DNA of 64,000 bases, from contig CM030336.1 of assembly GCA_017654855.1 (NCBI GenBank), positions 62,001-126,000 of the forward strand. Reading direction: 5' to 3'. Position numbers and translations under genes: made by a program. The stretch is from Podospora anserina (lineage: Eukaryota). Positions 61,698-64,000 of the stretch are shown here, one piece after another (position 1 is the first letter of the stretch; each line of letters starts with the position of its first letter). Below the pieces are notes generated by a model that ran no database searches, was not told the DNA's origin, and saw nothing but the letters and a program-made list of their open reading frames with translations.

Positions 61698-63244
61698 TGT
61701 CGTTGGAGAGGGGTGGTTGACGGGATGAAGTTATCGAGCAATTGTCGAAGAGGAGATACTCGGATCGCTCGGAATGGGTGTATCGGGGCAAAGCAGGTGC
61801 TTTGAGGCGGTGTCAGCTCGGTTCGTTCGGTTGGATTCGGCACCGACGCTGGAATTTGGCCTGAATTTTGTAGTGTAAGCACTGGCAATGGCGACTGAGA
61901 AGAATAACAAAGGACAAGACCAAACATATGCTCAGGAAGGGCCGAGCAGGATTAAGACTGGTAGCCCCATGGCGGCGTCACGCGCGGTGCAACGCCAAGA
62001 TTCAAGCCAGCCTCGGTTCGTTTGACTGATGGCAACGGATGGGCGTGGTGCGATTCAAGGTCCAACATCCCCCGCGTTGCGACGGTTGACGATTGCCAGC
62101 GCTGCTTGCTCTCAGTCGGGTGACATGGACCAGGGTTAGGGTCATACCCCAGTTCTGCCCCTTGCTATACCCCGCTTCCCCGCATTCCGCCTGGAGCTGC
62201 CAAGTCAGTCAGTCTCTCGGAGAGTCCACTCTGGATATTCTTACTCCAACGACTGTTCATCTTTTTTTTGATTGGAAGTGCTTTCATTGCCTGGGATCGC
62301 CGACATGTCTTCACGCTTATAACAGCAAAAGGTCTCTACGATAACTTTCTCTCTGGTGATGAGCAAGGATTGGTGAGTCTACGCTCCGCTCCTGCAAGAC
62401 ATCACTGACCGAGATGCAAGCAGACCGTCACCGTTGTATCCAACTTTACACCTCCGCCAAGAACTCATGATGCAACTCCCCATTGCAACCCACACGACTG
62501 GAAAGACGGACACTTGCAGTTAACGTCTTTGGCCACTGCGATATCTTGCAAAAACACCATAGTGCTCACGAGCAGCCACAACTATCCATGTCTCTCAATC
62601 GCAAGGCTGGCGATGGGAACCATACCTACCCACTGCCACTACCACTGCACCACAACAAGATGGCATAACCCGAACACGCCTCGATGATAACTCCTCGGGG
62701 TAATCCACAGATCCAAGAACTACTCCTCCTTCTCGCCCGCCAGGGTCCATGTGAAGGGAAATGCCGGTCGCTGTGGTCTAGGCCAGTAACCCCCCTGAAT
62801 GGCTGTGCCGCGGCAACATATTAAGCTCACTTCTGGGTGCAACCGTCGTGGCCACTCATAATCGAGACGGATGTTGATCGTTACAGCTTGTCTACAGAAC
62901 CGCGGCCAATCATGGGGCAAGACTGCTTGGTGAAAGAACCAGCTGAAGACCCCCCGCCGTTGCGGTGCGGCATTGAACCCCGATGACACCCTTTTACCGG
63001 CAAGTATAGTACGTGCATTATCTGAGAACAGGGTGAGATGCTTATTTTCTGCCTGTCGCTCTTCTAGATGACCCGCAAGGAGATCTCTTTTCCTTTTCGA
63101 GAAGCCCGAAGCCTTGTCTGGAAGGCTCGTTATATAGCACTGACCCCATCACTCATGGCAAATCCGATCGTCGTCACCCTCGTGGTCCTCCCTGGCTAAC
63201 TGATTTGTCTGTCTACCTCGAATTGATTTGTTCACTCTATCACC

Positions 63245-64000
63245 ATGGTAGATGTCGATATTCACGAAAAGCCAAAGGAAAAGAGATCCATCCGCACATG
63301 GACCCCCTGGCTCGAAATCGTGGCGCTCTCAGCCATTCTTATTTGTATTATCTGCTCAGCCGTCGTTGTCACCGTCTCTCACGATCAAGAAGTCTCAACC
63401 TGGCGCATCAGCCCGGCTGTGTGGCTCGCCATCTTTTCGGCCATCTCTAATGTGGCTTTCAGCTCTGCTCTGGCCGCAGGCATTGCCGTACGTTTCTGGC
63501 TCCGTGCTTCGGGCGGCACTCAACTCTCCCAGCTTCATTACATCTGGGATCATGGCCGCGGTCTCGGCTTCTGGCCCGCCATCAAGTCCGGCTCCGAAGC
63601 TCGCAAAGTAACCCTCATCTGTACCATCGCATACCTCGTTCAGTTTGCTTCGGGCCCTCTGTTTCAGCGATCAACCCATACCTTGGCTCAGAACCGGGTT
63701 GTCCAGCAGAACATGTTCTTTGACATTGCCAACAGAATACCTGATGGATGGTCGGGAAACTGGCAGTCAGACAGGACAGTCATTCACAACAGGAGGGTCA
63801 TGTCGCAAACCCAAGCCTGGTACCGCAATGACTCCATCACTGTACCATCTACGGAAGGATATGTATGCGATGGCACTTGCTCCGGGTCGGTCCGCGGTGC
63901 GGGGTTTGTGTACACGTGTGCCCCTACCACTTACCAGCCCCTGGACTTGTCAACAAACGCCTCACACAAAGCCACCGTCTTCCACATCCGAGCCGAGCTA
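63245..64000 (+). CDS. DUF3176-like membrane protein (5' part, runs off the window)
   Basis: Open frame from ATG 63245 to the window end: SHDQEVSTW.ISPAVWLAIFSAISN, RFWLRASGGTQLSQLHYIWDHG, GPLFQRS. Confidence 0.8.
   Translation, partial: MVDVDIHEKPKEKRSIRTWTPWLEIVALSAILICIICSAVVVTVSHDQEVSTWRISPAVWLAIFSAISNVAFSSALAAGIAVRFWLRASGGTQLSQLHYIWDHGRGLGFWPAIKSGSEARKVTLICTIAYLVQFASGPLFQRSTHTLAQNRVVQQNMFFDIANRIPDGWSGNWQSDRTVIHNRRVMSQTQAWYRNDSITVPSTEGYVCDGTCSGSVRGAGFVYTCAPTTYQPLDLSTNASHKATVFHIRAEL

Overview
This window is eukaryotic DNA from a filamentous ascomycete. Short GT-AG introns with CTAAC/CTGAC branch sites, RIP-type mutation and a HET-domain relic fit a Sordariomycete such as Podospora, but the species cannot be proven from the sequence. 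It holds about 19 intact genes: PTH11-like receptor, SDR, four MFS/sugar transporters, DUF1479, M1 aminopeptidase, TCP11/SOK1, GT31, GH5_5 endoglucanase, D-lactate dehydrogenase, OSBP, stand-alone SRA/YDG protein, KsdD-like flavoprotein, partial DUF3176 and several orphans. There is also an intron-containing tRNA-Val(TAC) and several decaying genes (HET-domain relic, F-box/ankyrin, F-box/LRR-like). The most unusual part is an AT-rich island at about 50-57.3 kb. It contains a RIP-scarred tandem repeat array that reads as a dead coiled-coil ORF, a complete RIP-inactivated pogo/Fot1 transposon with TIRs and TA target duplication, and an intact SRA (putative methyl-cytosine reader) gene directly downstream. 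All protein family calls come from motif recognition by eye; no database search was run.
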